25,603 nucleotides of DNA, taken from an uncultured Candidatus Saccharibacteria bacterium. Its GTDB lineage: Bacteria > Patescibacteriota > Saccharimonadia > CAILAD01 > BJGX01. The stretch covers positions 1-25,603 of the forward strand of contig CAYSEY010000001.1 in assembly GCA_964430405.1 (NCBI GenBank), given 5' to 3'. Positions 1-8,263 of this stretch are shown piece by piece; the first letter of the stretch is position 1, and each line of letters opens with the position of its first letter. The translations under genes were made by a program, and so were the position numbers. Below the pieces are notes generated by a model that saw nothing but the letters and a program-made list of their open reading frames with translations, was not told where the DNA came from and made no database searches.

Positions 1-985
1 CGTCGGGTTCTTCGGCTCAGCTCAGGCGGCGGCCAACATGTTGCGCCGCCTGCTCAGCTCTGAATTGCCGGAAGCCCGCATTTTGGGACAGATGGCACTC
101 GAGGAGTTGCGGCATCCCGATGCCGCACCGGCGTTCTTCAACCAGATCGATGACCCTGATAAGGGTCTGAAGTGGTTGGGGTACTTCGAGGACACGCGAC
201 ATGCAGTGACGGATTGGATGAAGGCGAATGAGCCTGAACCCCATACGGTCACAGGCGTGATCGTTCCGTCCAGGAACATCGTCAATCTTGGCTGGAGTGA
301 TCCGGACAACGAGCTGAAGGTGGCCGCCGCCATCATCTACGAGTACTCCGAGCAGAATCGGATGATGGAGGACTGCCTGTACATGGCGCGTCAACTCAGC
401 GATGAGAAGCGCGCCGAGCTGATCCGCATCTATTGCGGTGATCGTGGCGAGCTTGGGAGTGAAAGCGGCAATCGTCGCTGGAAGCCCGGGCGAGCCTTCG
501 AGCAGGCCACCTACAACTTCGACTTCCTGATCGACTTCGGAATCATGCGCGACTGGAAACGGCATCGCATGCTTTCGATCGATTGGGGTCGGGTCGAGCC
601 AGGTCTGGGGTGGACGGTTAGCCCGTTCATCGAGGACATGGAGCAGATGGAGCTCTACGAGCAGGCCATGCGCCTCAGCTCAGAGCTCTACAGCCGGCTG
701 TTGCCCGATCACCCACAGGCGGCGCAGTACGCCACCTGCTTGGGTTATCGGATGCGGGTGACCATGACCATCAACGCGCGAGCGTTGCTGTTCATGCTGG
801 AGCTTCGCACCAGCCAACAGGGGCACCCCAGCTACCGCAAGGTCGGTCAGGAGATGCATCGGTTGGTGTGCGAGGCAGACCCGGTGCTCGGCGAGGCGAT
901 GAGCTATGTCGACTACCACGAGTACAACCTCGAGCGGGCCGGTGCTGAGAAGCGCCTTTCCGAGAAGCGCGCCAGGCGCAAGTAA
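1..985 (+). CDS. thyX: FAD-dependent thymidylate synthase, tandem two-domain ThyX type (5'-truncated by window edge)
   Basis: Frame is open from base 2 (VGFFGSAQAAANMLRR...). ThyX-like motifs DFGIMRDWKRHRMLS and INARALLFMLELRTSQQGHPSYRKVGQEM. GC-rich. Lies next to glyA. Confidence 0.88.
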   Translation, partial: VGFFGSAQAAANMLRRLLSSELPEARILGQMALEELRHPDAAPAFFNQIDDPDKGLKWLGYFEDTRHAVTDWMKANEPEPHTVTGVIVPSRNIVNLGWSDPDNELKVAAAIIYEYSEQNRMMEDCLYMARQLSDEKRAELIRIYCGDRGELGSESGNRRWKPGRAFEQATYNFDFLIDFGIMRDWKRHRMLSIDWGRVEPGLGWTVSPFIEDMEQMELYEQAMRLSSELYSRLLPDHPQAAQYATCLGYRMRVTMTINARALLFMLELRTSQQGHPSYRKVGQEMHRLVCEADPVLGEAMSYVDYHEYNLERAGAEKRLSEKRARRK

Positions 986-1046
986 GTCGATCGGTCGTTT
1001 GACCGACAGGCAGGCCAGCCAGGAGCCATTCTAATCCTGGCACCCA

Positions 1047-1074
1047 GTGGCCCCCGGAGAAATCCGGGGGCCAC
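1047..1074 (+). terminator. Perfect 12-bp GC hairpin with GAAA loop after thyX (weak, offset U-tract)
   Basis: GTGGCCCCCGGA-GAAA-TCCGGGGGCCAC. Confidence 0.7.
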
Positions 1075-1100
1075 GTCCGTTTTAATGTATAATTATATCT

Positions 1101-2348
1101 ATGAATAAACTCTTTGATCTAACCGAAAAAGAATCGGCTCGCCAGCGCGACACACTAAACTTAATTGCTTCCGAAAACTACCCAAGCCCTAGGGTAATAC
1201 AGTTATTAGGTTCTATTTGGAACGATAAGTACGCTGAGGGGTATCCTGGCAAACGCTACTACGCTGGTAATGTTTTATCTGATGAACTAGAAGAGTTTGT
1301 AAAAACTAAGGCCTTAGAGGCGTTTGATATTAGCGGTGAGTATGGGGTGAATGTGCAAGTACTCTCTGGTAGCCCAGCTAACGCGATGGTGTATTTTACG
1401 GTACTTGAGCCGGGCGATACGGTGCTTAGTTTAAATTTAAACAGCGGTGGGCATCTTAGCCATATGCATGGCACGAGCAGCTATTTAAAGTTCTTTAAAC
1501 ACGCGACCTACGGTGTTTCGGTTGGGCCAAATGGATACGAAATCGATTTGGATGATTTCAAATCAAAAGTTGAATCATTAAAACCACGGTTGGTTGTTAT
1601 TGGTTTTTCTGCATACCCTCGAAAGTATGAATTCGCCAAGCTATGTAAAATAGCCCATCAGCATGGCGCCTTAGTTCTGGCCGACATTGCCCATATAGCT
1701 GGACTTGTTGCTACTGGTTTACACGATAGCCCGTTTAAGCACGACGGCGATGGAGCGGACTTTATTACTACAACCACCCACAAAACACTTCGCGGACCAC
1801 GCTCAGCATTATTATTTGCCAAGCATCAATATATGGAGGCAATTAATAAAACCGTTTTTCCCGGTACTAGCGGTGGGCCTCATCTCAACCAAATCGCTGC
1901 TGTTGGCCAAGCGCTGATGGAGGTATTGGGCGAAGATGTTTATCCTGATCAACTACCATTTAAGAAATATATGGAAGCGGTGGTATCAAACACCCAGGCA
2001 CTAGAAGCGGGTTTGTTGAACGGCGGACTTGATGTGGTTGCACCAACCCAAACTCATTTGAGCTTAGTAAAGTTACCCGAATCAATTGATAGCTTGGAGC
2101 TACAGACTAAGTTAGAAAAGCTTGGAATAATTACTAATCGCAACGCTGTGCCGGAAGACTCTAAGAGCCCATGGAGGCCAGGGGGTTTGCGGCTCGGTAT
2201 GGCTGCTTTAACAAGCCGGGGTATGGCGGCTAAACAGTCTGAGGAACTAGGTAAGGGTATAGCCTCAGTCGTTACGGGTGAGGCAACGGTTGCGATTGCA
2301 GGCAATATGGTCCAAGAAACTATCGGCGAACTTAATTGGTGGTATTAG
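1101..2348 (+). CDS. glyA: Serine hydroxymethyltransferase
   Basis: LIASENY, KYAEGYPGKRYY, GGHLSH, DIAHIAGLVA and PLP-lysine motif TTTHKTLRGPR. TATAAT lies 7 nt before the ATG. Confidence 0.97.
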   Translation: MNKLFDLTEKESARQRDTLNLIASENYPSPRVIQLLGSIWNDKYAEGYPGKRYYAGNVLSDELEEFVKTKALEAFDISGEYGVNVQVLSGSPANAMVYFTVLEPGDTVLSLNLNSGGHLSHMHGTSSYLKFFKHATYGVSVGPNGYEIDLDDFKSKVESLKPRLVVIGFSAYPRKYEFAKLCKIAHQHGALVLADIAHIAGLVATGLHDSPFKHDGDGADFITTTTHKTLRGPRSALLFAKHQYMEAINKTVFPGTSGGPHLNQIAAVGQALMEVLGEDVYPDQLPFKKYMEAVVSNTQALEAGLLNGGLDVVAPTQTHLSLVKLPESIDSLELQTKLEKLGIITNRNAVPEDSKSPWRPGGLRLGMAALTSRGMAAKQSEELGKGIASVVTGEATVAIAGNMVQETIGELNWWY

Positions 2349-2451
2349 ATGGTTTTAGCAGGTAACTTCATCGGCTCTATTATTATCTAATTAAAGTTCT
2401 TATAATAAGTAGCACTTCTATTTAATCGAGATATGAAAACAGGGGGAGACC

Positions 2452-2730
2452 ATGGAGGTAAGAGTACTCTATAGTGTGGTTGGGGGACCTAGCTTGAGTA
2501 TGATCCGAGCTTGTGCAACTACCGGACAGATGTTGCACTTTATTTGTTGTGGCGACGACGGTAGCTTCGATGAGTTCGACTTGAATATTGTCGGGGCTCT
2601 AAAAAATGAGGGAGTGGAGCACGAATTGCTTTTCTCGGCTCGTGATAGCTCTGGATTGATCTGGAGTGTGTCATACAACACGGTAGATGAGTGTGGCAAC
2701 ATGTTCAGGATTTTTCAGCGGAGCGGCTAG
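2452..2730 (+). CDS. Hypothetical protein (92 aa)
   Basis: AGGGGGAG RBS before ATG, TATAAT at 2401-2406, and a hairpin over the stop codon. No family recognised. Confidence 0.7.
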   Translation: MEVRVLYSVVGGPSLSMIRACATTGQMLHFICCGDDGSFDEFDLNIVGALKNEGVEHELLFSARDSSGLIWSVSYNTVDECGNMFRIFQRSG

Positions 2731-2749
2731 GGGGAAACCCCTGGCTGCT
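2722..2749 (+). terminator. 12-bp GAAA-tetraloop hairpin including the stop codon, no U-tract
   Basis: AGCGGCTAGGGG-GAAA-CCCCTGGCTGCT with two G-U pairs, which favours the + strand RNA. Confidence 0.55.
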
Positions 2750-2752
2750 AGC

Positions 2753-2810
2753 GATTAGTCAATAAGTTGTTTCTTATTCTGACGAGTCTTAGTTAAAGAC
2801 GAAACTAATC
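2753..2810 (+). ncRNA. Type III hammerhead ribozyme, predicted cleavage after C2760 (GUC)
   Basis: Stem III GAUUAGU(2753-2759)/ACUAAUC(2804-2810). Stem I AAUAAG/CUUAUU with loop UUGUUU. Core CUGACGA (2779-2785). Stem II GUCUU/AAGAC with loop AGUUA. GAAA core at 2801-2804. Confidence 0.93.
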
Positions 2811-2896
2811 ACTTACGCTTGAAGTTGGTCATGAATACTCATAAAGTTATTAATAAGCTGACATAAGTTGGCTGTACCAATCGATATAGGAGCGAG

Positions 2897-3316
2897 ATGA
2901 GAGAACTTCTCTGGGTGTATGTCGCCGGCAAGGTATCGGATGACAACAGCTCGATACAGGATGTGATCACGCAGTTCAGGCAAGCAGGTTTCGCGATTAG
3001 CCACGATTGGACACGAGCCAGCGGCATTGAAAAGCCCTATCTCGAGCATGTCGAGTGGAATCGTGCTGCTGCCGAAGCCATGCGTGCTGGAGTGAAGAGG
3101 AGTGAAGTGTTTGTACTGCTATGTGGTGGAGATATCTATGGCGCTATGGTCGAATTCGGTATGGCGATTTCCGAGCCACTTCAAGACCCATTCAATCGCC
3201 GCCGTATTTACGTAGTGGGAGACCCGAAGGAGTTGCGACAGTCGATCTTCTTTACTCTCCTGGAGGTGGCAGTGTGTGAGAGTGTTGAAGAAGTCTTGGC
3301 CGATCTGGGTCATTAA
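2897..3316 (+). CDS. Nucleoside 2-deoxyribosyltransferase-like protein (NDT/Rcl superfamily)
   Basis: VYVAG N-terminal strand, HDWT, GV..S..FVLL and GAMVEFGMA catalytic-Glu motif. AGGAG RBS. Confidence 0.75.
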   Translation: MRELLWVYVAGKVSDDNSSIQDVITQFRQAGFAISHDWTRASGIEKPYLEHVEWNRAAAEAMRAGVKRSEVFVLLCGGDIYGAMVEFGMAISEPLQDPFNRRRIYVVGDPKELRQSIFFTLLEVAVCESVEEVLADLGH

Positions 3317-3317
3317 C

Positions 3318-3342
3318 GGTCGGGGGTTTTTTACCCCCGACC
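3318..3342 (+). terminator. Perfect 10-bp hairpin after the NDT-like gene, no U-tract
   Basis: GGTCGGGGGT-TTTTT-ACCCCCGACC. Confidence 0.6.
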
Positions 3343-3357
3343 CCCAAGCAATTATTG

Positions 3358-3386
3358 TTGACCAATCAGGCTGAATCTGGTAAAAT
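3358..3386 (+). promoter_or_regulatory. Sigma70 promoter of rplJL
   Basis: TTGACC-17 nt-TAAAAT with extended TG. Confidence 0.75.
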
Positions 3387-3394
3387 TACTCCTG

Positions 3395-3500
3395 ATTACC
3401 AAAGACTGTAGCAGTGGAAGCACTTAATTTGCTACAAGAGGTTAAGAACTAAGTATTAGTTTACAAACAAGTCTTTGGATTAATTCCAAGGATTTTTTGT
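3395..3500 (+). promoter_or_regulatory. Ribosomal protein L10 leader with attenuator
   Basis: CCAAAGAC-TGTAGC...TTAA..GCTACA-AGAGG pattern typical of L10 leaders, followed by hairpin TCTTTGGA-TTAAT-TCCAAGGA-TTTTTT, directly upstream of rplJ. Confidence 0.8.
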
Positions 3501-3542
3501 TTGGTAATCATGCACATTAACTTAAAGCATCGGAGGATGCCT

Positions 3543-4070
3543 ATGGCAAAGTCACGTGAGCAAAAAGAAGCTGACGTAAAAGCTTTGGCTGAGGCTTTTT
3601 CTGGTAGTAAGATTGCCGTATTAACTGATTACAGAGGACTTGATGTTCCTGCAATCAGCAATTTACGTTCAAAACTACGAGAATCAGACATCAGCTACAA
3701 GGTTACTAAAAATACCTTGGTAAAAGTTGCACTTTCCCAAACAGAGCTCAAGGATACCGATACTTCAGTTTTCGCTGGACCAATGGCAATTGCGTTTGGA
3801 CAAGACGAAGCGCAAACTTGCAAAATAATTGCAGATTTCGCTAAGGAAAACGAAGATTTAGAAATACTCGGTGCCTTTGATGAATCAGGCAAAATCCTAA
3901 GTCGTGAAGAAGTAATGGTATTGGCCAAGCTTCCAAGCCGTGAAGTTCTAACTGCCCAGGTAGTTGGTACGATAGCAGCACCGCTTAGTGGATTTGTACG
4001 AGTACTGAATGGAAATATTACGCAACTATTGTATGCATTAAATGCAATACAAGAGAAGAAAACTAGCTAA
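3543..4070 (+). CDS. rplJ: 50S ribosomal protein L10
   Basis: DYRGL, LR..LRE, KVTKNTL, GPMAIAF, LAKLPSRE. Start placed at ATG 3543 after GGAGG. Confidence 0.97.
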   Translation: MAKSREQKEADVKALAEAFSGSKIAVLTDYRGLDVPAISNLRSKLRESDISYKVTKNTLVKVALSQTELKDTDTSVFAGPMAIAFGQDEAQTCKIIADFAKENEDLEILGAFDESGKILSREEVMVLAKLPSREVLTAQVVGTIAAPLSGFVRVLNGNITQLLYALNAIQEKKTS

Positions 4071-4088
4071 ATAATTAAGGAGATTACT

Positions 4089-4553
4089 ATGGCAGAAGAA
4101 ACTGCAAAACAAGAAGAAGTAAAAGAAGAAGCTGCTGCTCCAGCGGAAGAGAGCAAAGAAGAAAAGAAAGAAGTTCCTGCAAAATTTAAAGCATTGGTAG
4201 ATCAGATTTCAGAACTTAGTGTTTTGGACCTTGCCGAATTAGTTAAAGTACTAGAAGATCACTTTGGTGTTAGTGCTGCTGCTCCAGTGGCAGTTGCTGC
4301 TGCCGGTGCTGCTGGTGGTGAAGAAGAAGTTGCAGAAGCAAAAAGTTCTTACAACATCATGCTAACCGCAGCTGGTGAAAAGAAGATCGACGTAATCAAG
4401 GCTGTACGTGAAGTATCTGGCCTTGGTCTTGCTGAAAGTAAGGCAGTAGTTGATAGTGCACCTAAGATGGTTAAGGAAGGTGTTCCTGCCGAAGAAGCCG
4501 AAGAAGCTAAGAAAAAGCTTGAAGAAGCTGGCGCTACTATCGAACTTCAATAA
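4089..4553 (+). CDS. rplL: 50S ribosomal protein L7/L12
   Basis: [64 protein letters not shown]. Confidence 0.98.
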   Translation: MAEETAKQEEVKEEAAAPAEESKEEKKEVPAKFKALVDQISELSVLDLAELVKVLEDHFGVSAAAPVAVAAAGAAGGEEEVAEAKSSYNIMLTAAGEKKIDVIKAVREVSGLGLAESKAVVDSAPKMVKEGVPAEEAEEAKKKLEEAGATIELQ

Positions 4554-4581
4554 TCTAGCCAACTGGATAAATTGCAAAACT

Positions 4582-4601
4582 GACCCTTCGGGGTCTTTTT
4601 T
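4582..4601 (+). terminator. Intrinsic terminator of rplJL
   Basis: GACCC-TTCG-GGGTC-TTTTTT. Confidence 0.85.
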
Positions 4602-4671
4602 GTTTGGCATTTTTACGGTTTTTTGCTACACTTAGGGCAAATAGTAATTTATGTAAGGTAGGCTAAACAAA

Positions 4672-5214
4672 ATGACGGATAAAGACAAACAACAAACTCT
4701 GCAAAATCTGGCTGCACAAATGCAGGTAGCTCAAGATACGATTAAGCAGGTAGAATCAGAACTCAAGAAACTCGGGGTCAGTGCTGAAGAACTTCCGAAA
4801 CCGAAAAAGCAAGCACTGGTTCAGCCTGGTTCGGCCGAATCTATCGGAAAGATTATTGAGGGGCAGTTTGATGGACAAAATATGATTGGCCCAGACGGTA
4901 AGGTTTATCCTGTACCAGCTAACTACGCTAGTAAATCTAAACTTGTTGAAGGCGACACGCTCAAGCTAACTATTGCTCAAGACGGTAGTTTTATATATAA
5001 GCAAATAGGCCCAGTGGAACGCAAGAAGGTTATAGCTAAGATGTCGTTAGAAAATGGGCAGTACATCGCGGTAGTAGGAGATAAACATTATCGAGTACTT
5101 TACGCCAGCGTAACTTACTTTAAAGCACAGCCTGGCGATGAAGTTACTATTGTTGTGCCGGCCAATACGGATGCTGAGTGGGCTGCGATTGAAGCACTCA
5201 TCTCAACTGTCTAA
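4672..5214 (+). CDS. Conserved hypothetical protein of the type seen after rplL in CPR bacteria
   Basis: N-terminal coiled coil plus IIEGQFDGQNMIGPDGKVYPVPANYASKSKLVEGD core (recognised from memory). Own promoter TTGGCA-17-TACACT at 4604-4632. Confidence 0.8.
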   Translation: MTDKDKQQTLQNLAAQMQVAQDTIKQVESELKKLGVSAEELPKPKKQALVQPGSAESIGKIIEGQFDGQNMIGPDGKVYPVPANYASKSKLVEGDTLKLTIAQDGSFIYKQIGPVERKKVIAKMSLENGQYIAVVGDKHYRVLYASVTYFKAQPGDEVTIVVPANTDAEWAAIEALISTV

Positions 5215-5215
5215 T

Positions 5216-5334
5216 AAGAACCATCTTAACTTTCTATTGCATCGTTAGGTTCTCCGAGTCTCGTTCGATGTAGTACATCTACACCTCGCTGCGATTCTTG
5301 AACCTGCCTCGCACTATTCGTTAAAGTGATTCTT
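5216..5334. repeat. Palindromic MITE-like element
   Basis: Imperfect 15-bp terminal inverted repeats (12/15), nested AGGTTC/GAACCT and TGTAG/CTACA. Confidence 0.6.
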
Positions 5335-5463
5335 TGGCAAGCTGACCATTTGATATTAATCGTTTGAATAATATATTCCGAGGGATGTGATTCAAAAACA
5401 AATATTTAAGATTAACAACAACTACCTAACCTTGGTATAATACATATTGAATGGAGGGGAGTT

Positions 5464-6864
5464 GTGTCTAATCTAGCTTTGTATCGTAAATACCGCTCTG
5501 CCGACTTTAGCGAGGTAGTTGGTCAGCAACATGTTGTTCGGGCATTGCAAAATGCAATCAGTTCCGGCAAGCACAGCCACGCCTACTTACTAACAGGCCC
5601 GCGAGGTGTAGGTAAGACATCTATTGCCAGGATTATTGCTAAACAACTAAACGGGCTTAGTAATGATGAAGCCTTAAGTGATAATTTGGATATTATTGAG
5701 ATTGACGGAGCCAGCAACCGTGGCATCGATGAAATTCGTAGCTTACGAGAAAAAATTGCCCTGGCTCCTGCAAAATTAAAGTACAAGGTCTATATCATCG
5801 ATGAGGTTCATATGCTCACCAAGGAGGCGTTTAACGCACTTTTAAAAACCCTCGAGGAGCCTCCAGCTCACGTGGTGTTTATTTTTGCGACCACCGAAGT
5901 TCAGAAACTACCCGAAACGATCATATCGCGTACTCAGAGGTTCGATTTTAGGCCAATAAACCTTGCAGATATGCAAAAACATTTAGGCTATATCGCAAAA
6001 CAAGAAAAGATTGATATCGATACTGATGCTATCGCTGTAATAGCGCGTATTAGCCGAGGGGGATTTAGAGATGCCATAGGCATGCTTGATCAGATCTCGG
6101 CAGTGGAGGGTAAGATATCTGTTGATACAATTTCAGAATTTACTGGATTACAAGACACCAACAAGCTAGAAGAAATATTTGAAGTCCTCCAGACGAATAA
6201 TACGGTAGAGGTAATCAAACTATTAAAGACATTATTTGATACCGGTGCAGATGTTTCGATCCTAACCCAACAAATGTTGGATTTGGTGCAAGTTCATCTA
6301 GAGTCTGGTGAATCAAAGTATGAAGTTGATTTTTTGATTGAACTTTCTGAAAGATTGCATTGGGTACAAACCGGACTTAAGACCACTACAGTGCCTCAGT
6401 TGTTGTTGCAAACCGGGTTAGCCAGGAGTTTACAGCCAAGGATAACTACAGTAGCAAACAAGCCAAATCAACCAGTTGTTGATAATGTACAACCCACAAA
6501 ACCAGCAACAAATGATAAAAAAGTGGAAAAGCCAACTTCAGATAATGACGATAGCAAAATGGTTAAGGCCCTAAGTGTAATTAAGCACTACAACAACTCG
6601 TTGTATGCAGTCTTGAGAGGCTCCCAATTGACTGTTAAAGGAGATGAAATAAGTATCACGTGCCGATTCAGTTTTCATCGAGAGAGGTTGGCAGAACCTC
6701 GCAATCAATCTTTGATTGAAAAGGCGTTCAGTAAGGTTTATGGTGAGAGCATGCATGTTACAACTAGCATTGAATCTGCGGGTGAGCCTGATAAGGTCGA
6801 TACAGAGCAAGAACTGATGAGTTCAGCTATGGCGATTTTAGGTGGAGAAGTTATAGATGGCTAA
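5464..6864 (+). CDS. dnaX: DNA polymerase III subunit gamma/tau
   Basis: LYRKYR, GPRGVGKT, IIDEVHML, NALLKTLEEPP. GTG start after GGAGG. TGGTATAAT at 5433-5441. Confidence 0.97.
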   Translation: MSNLALYRKYRSADFSEVVGQQHVVRALQNAISSGKHSHAYLLTGPRGVGKTSIARIIAKQLNGLSNDEALSDNLDIIEIDGASNRGIDEIRSLREKIALAPAKLKYKVYIIDEVHMLTKEAFNALLKTLEEPPAHVVFIFATTEVQKLPETIISRTQRFDFRPINLADMQKHLGYIAKQEKIDIDTDAIAVIARISRGGFRDAIGMLDQISAVEGKISVDTISEFTGLQDTNKLEEIFEVLQTNNTVEVIKLLKTLFDTGADVSILTQQMLDLVQVHLESGESKYEVDFLIELSERLHWVQTGLKTTTVPQLLLQTGLARSLQPRITTVANKPNQPVVDNVQPTKPATNDKKVEKPTSDNDDSKMVKALSVIKHYNNSLYAVLRGSQLTVKGDEISITCRFSFHRERLAEPRNQSLIEKAFSKVYGESMHVTTSIESAGEPDKVDTEQELMSSAMAILGGEVIDG

Positions 6865-8215
6865 GCAACAGAGCGCAAAAGAACTTCTCGCGGGTAAGGT
6901 ACCGCCACAAAACCCGCAAGCCGAGGGTAGTCTTATTGGTTCTTTGTTATTAGACAAGGACGCAATTATTAAGGTAGCTGACATTGTTCATAGTGATGAT
7001 TTTTATATAGAAAAGAACGGTTTAATATTTGAAGCAATACTCGCTCTATTTGAAAAACGCGAACCAGTTGATGTTGTTACTTTGTCTGAACAGCTAGAGA
7101 AGCAAGGTGTGTTAAAAGAGATTGGTGGTGCAAGCTATATTACGGAACTTGTAAATAATGTGCCTTCTGCAGCTCATGTTGTGCAGTATGGTCAAATAGT
7201 AGCTCAAAAAGCCACATTGCGTAGGCTCATAAATGCAGCTAGCCAAATTAACACTATGGCTTATAGTGAAGATGAACAGCTTGATAAAGTTCTGGATAAA
7301 GCCGAACAAACGCTTTTTGACGTTAGTCAAAAACACCTGCGCCAAAACTTTATTTCTATCAAAGACGTGCTAGCGGAAAGCTTTGATAGACTCGATAGCT
7401 TACATAAAGACAAGGAGAGTTTAAGAGGGGTACCTACTGGGTTTTCCGGGATTGATAATGTCCTTGCCGGTTTGCAGAAATCTGATTTGATAATATTAGC
7501 AGCTAGGCCGAGTATGGGTAAAACAAGTCTCGCTCTTAACATTGCTCAGCATGTAGCAACAAAAGAAGGTGTTCCAGTTGGAGTCTTCAGCCTAGAAATG
7601 AGTAAAGAGCAGTTGATTGATCGATTGCTTGCCTCAGAGGCTGGGATTGATAGCTGGAAGCTTCGTACCGGCAACTTAGAAGATAAAGATTTTGAAAAAA
7701 TTAACAAAGCCATGGGCGTTTTGGCAGAAGCACCGATTTTTATAGATGATTCAGCAATGGCCAATGTAATGGAGATGCGCACCAAAGCTCGTCGGCTGCA
7801 GTCGGAACATGACTTGGGATTAATTGTGATTGATTACTTACAGCTGATGAGCGGACGTACCAATAGTTCTGATAATCGTGTTCAGGAAATATCCGAGATA
7901 TCACGCGGACTAAAAGGCATGGCTCGTGAACTTAATGTTCCGGTTATTGCACTTTCGCAGTTAAGTCGTTCGGTAGAACAAAGGACTCCAAAAATTCCAC
8001 AACTTTCAGATTTACGTGAATCAGGTTCGATCGAGCAGGATGCCGACGTGGTGATGTTCATATACCGCGAAGATTATTACGAGAAAGATACCGATAAAAA
8101 GAACATTGCAGAAGTTTTAATCAAGAAACATAGAAATGGCCCTACGGGTGATGTTGAGCTATTCTTCCAGCCCGAACAAACTTTATTCCGTTCTATAGAT
8201 AGAGTACATAATTAA
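6857..8215 (+). CDS. dnaB: Replicative DNA helicase
   Basis: PPQN..AE, AARPSMGKT, FSLEMS, IDYLQL, LSQLSR, DLRESGSIEQDAD. No intein. Confidence 0.98.
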   Translation: MAKQQSAKELLAGKVPPQNPQAEGSLIGSLLLDKDAIIKVADIVHSDDFYIEKNGLIFEAILALFEKREPVDVVTLSEQLEKQGVLKEIGGASYITELVNNVPSAAHVVQYGQIVAQKATLRRLINAASQINTMAYSEDEQLDKVLDKAEQTLFDVSQKHLRQNFISIKDVLAESFDRLDSLHKDKESLRGVPTGFSGIDNVLAGLQKSDLIILAARPSMGKTSLALNIAQHVATKEGVPVGVFSLEMSKEQLIDRLLASEAGIDSWKLRTGNLEDKDFEKINKAMGVLAEAPIFIDDSAMANVMEMRTKARRLQSEHDLGLIVIDYLQLMSGRTNSSDNRVQEISEISRGLKGMARELNVPVIALSQLSRSVEQRTPKIPQLSDLRESGSIEQDADVVMFIYREDYYEKDTDKKNIAEVLIKKHRNGPTGDVELFFQPEQTLFRSIDRVHN

Positions 8216-8263
8216 CTATTGGGCAAAGCAAAGGCCTAGGGTATAATTAATTGCATAAGTGTT

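Noticed and set aside
1279..1310. Other CTGAnGA strings (also near 6813, 7844, 8869, 14371, 24635) as partner hammerheads
   Set aside because: All lie inside CDSs and lack a stem II followed by GAAA and a matching stem III. My scan was by eye, so a second ribozyme is not rigorously excluded.
3501..3542. Longer starts in the ORF track (3501, 8688, 17512, 20806, 24318, 24971)
   Set aside because: Downstream ATGs fit RBS or promoter spacing and family N-termini better.
5215..5463. SRP RNA (ffs), often found upstream of dnaX
   Set aside because: No helix-8 CAGG-GGAA-GCAG motif on either strand.
6514..6526. AAAAAAG in dnaX as a gamma/tau -1 frameshift site
   Set aside because: Read as GAT AAA AAA GTG, not the A AAA AAG phase, and no obvious stimulatory hairpin follows.
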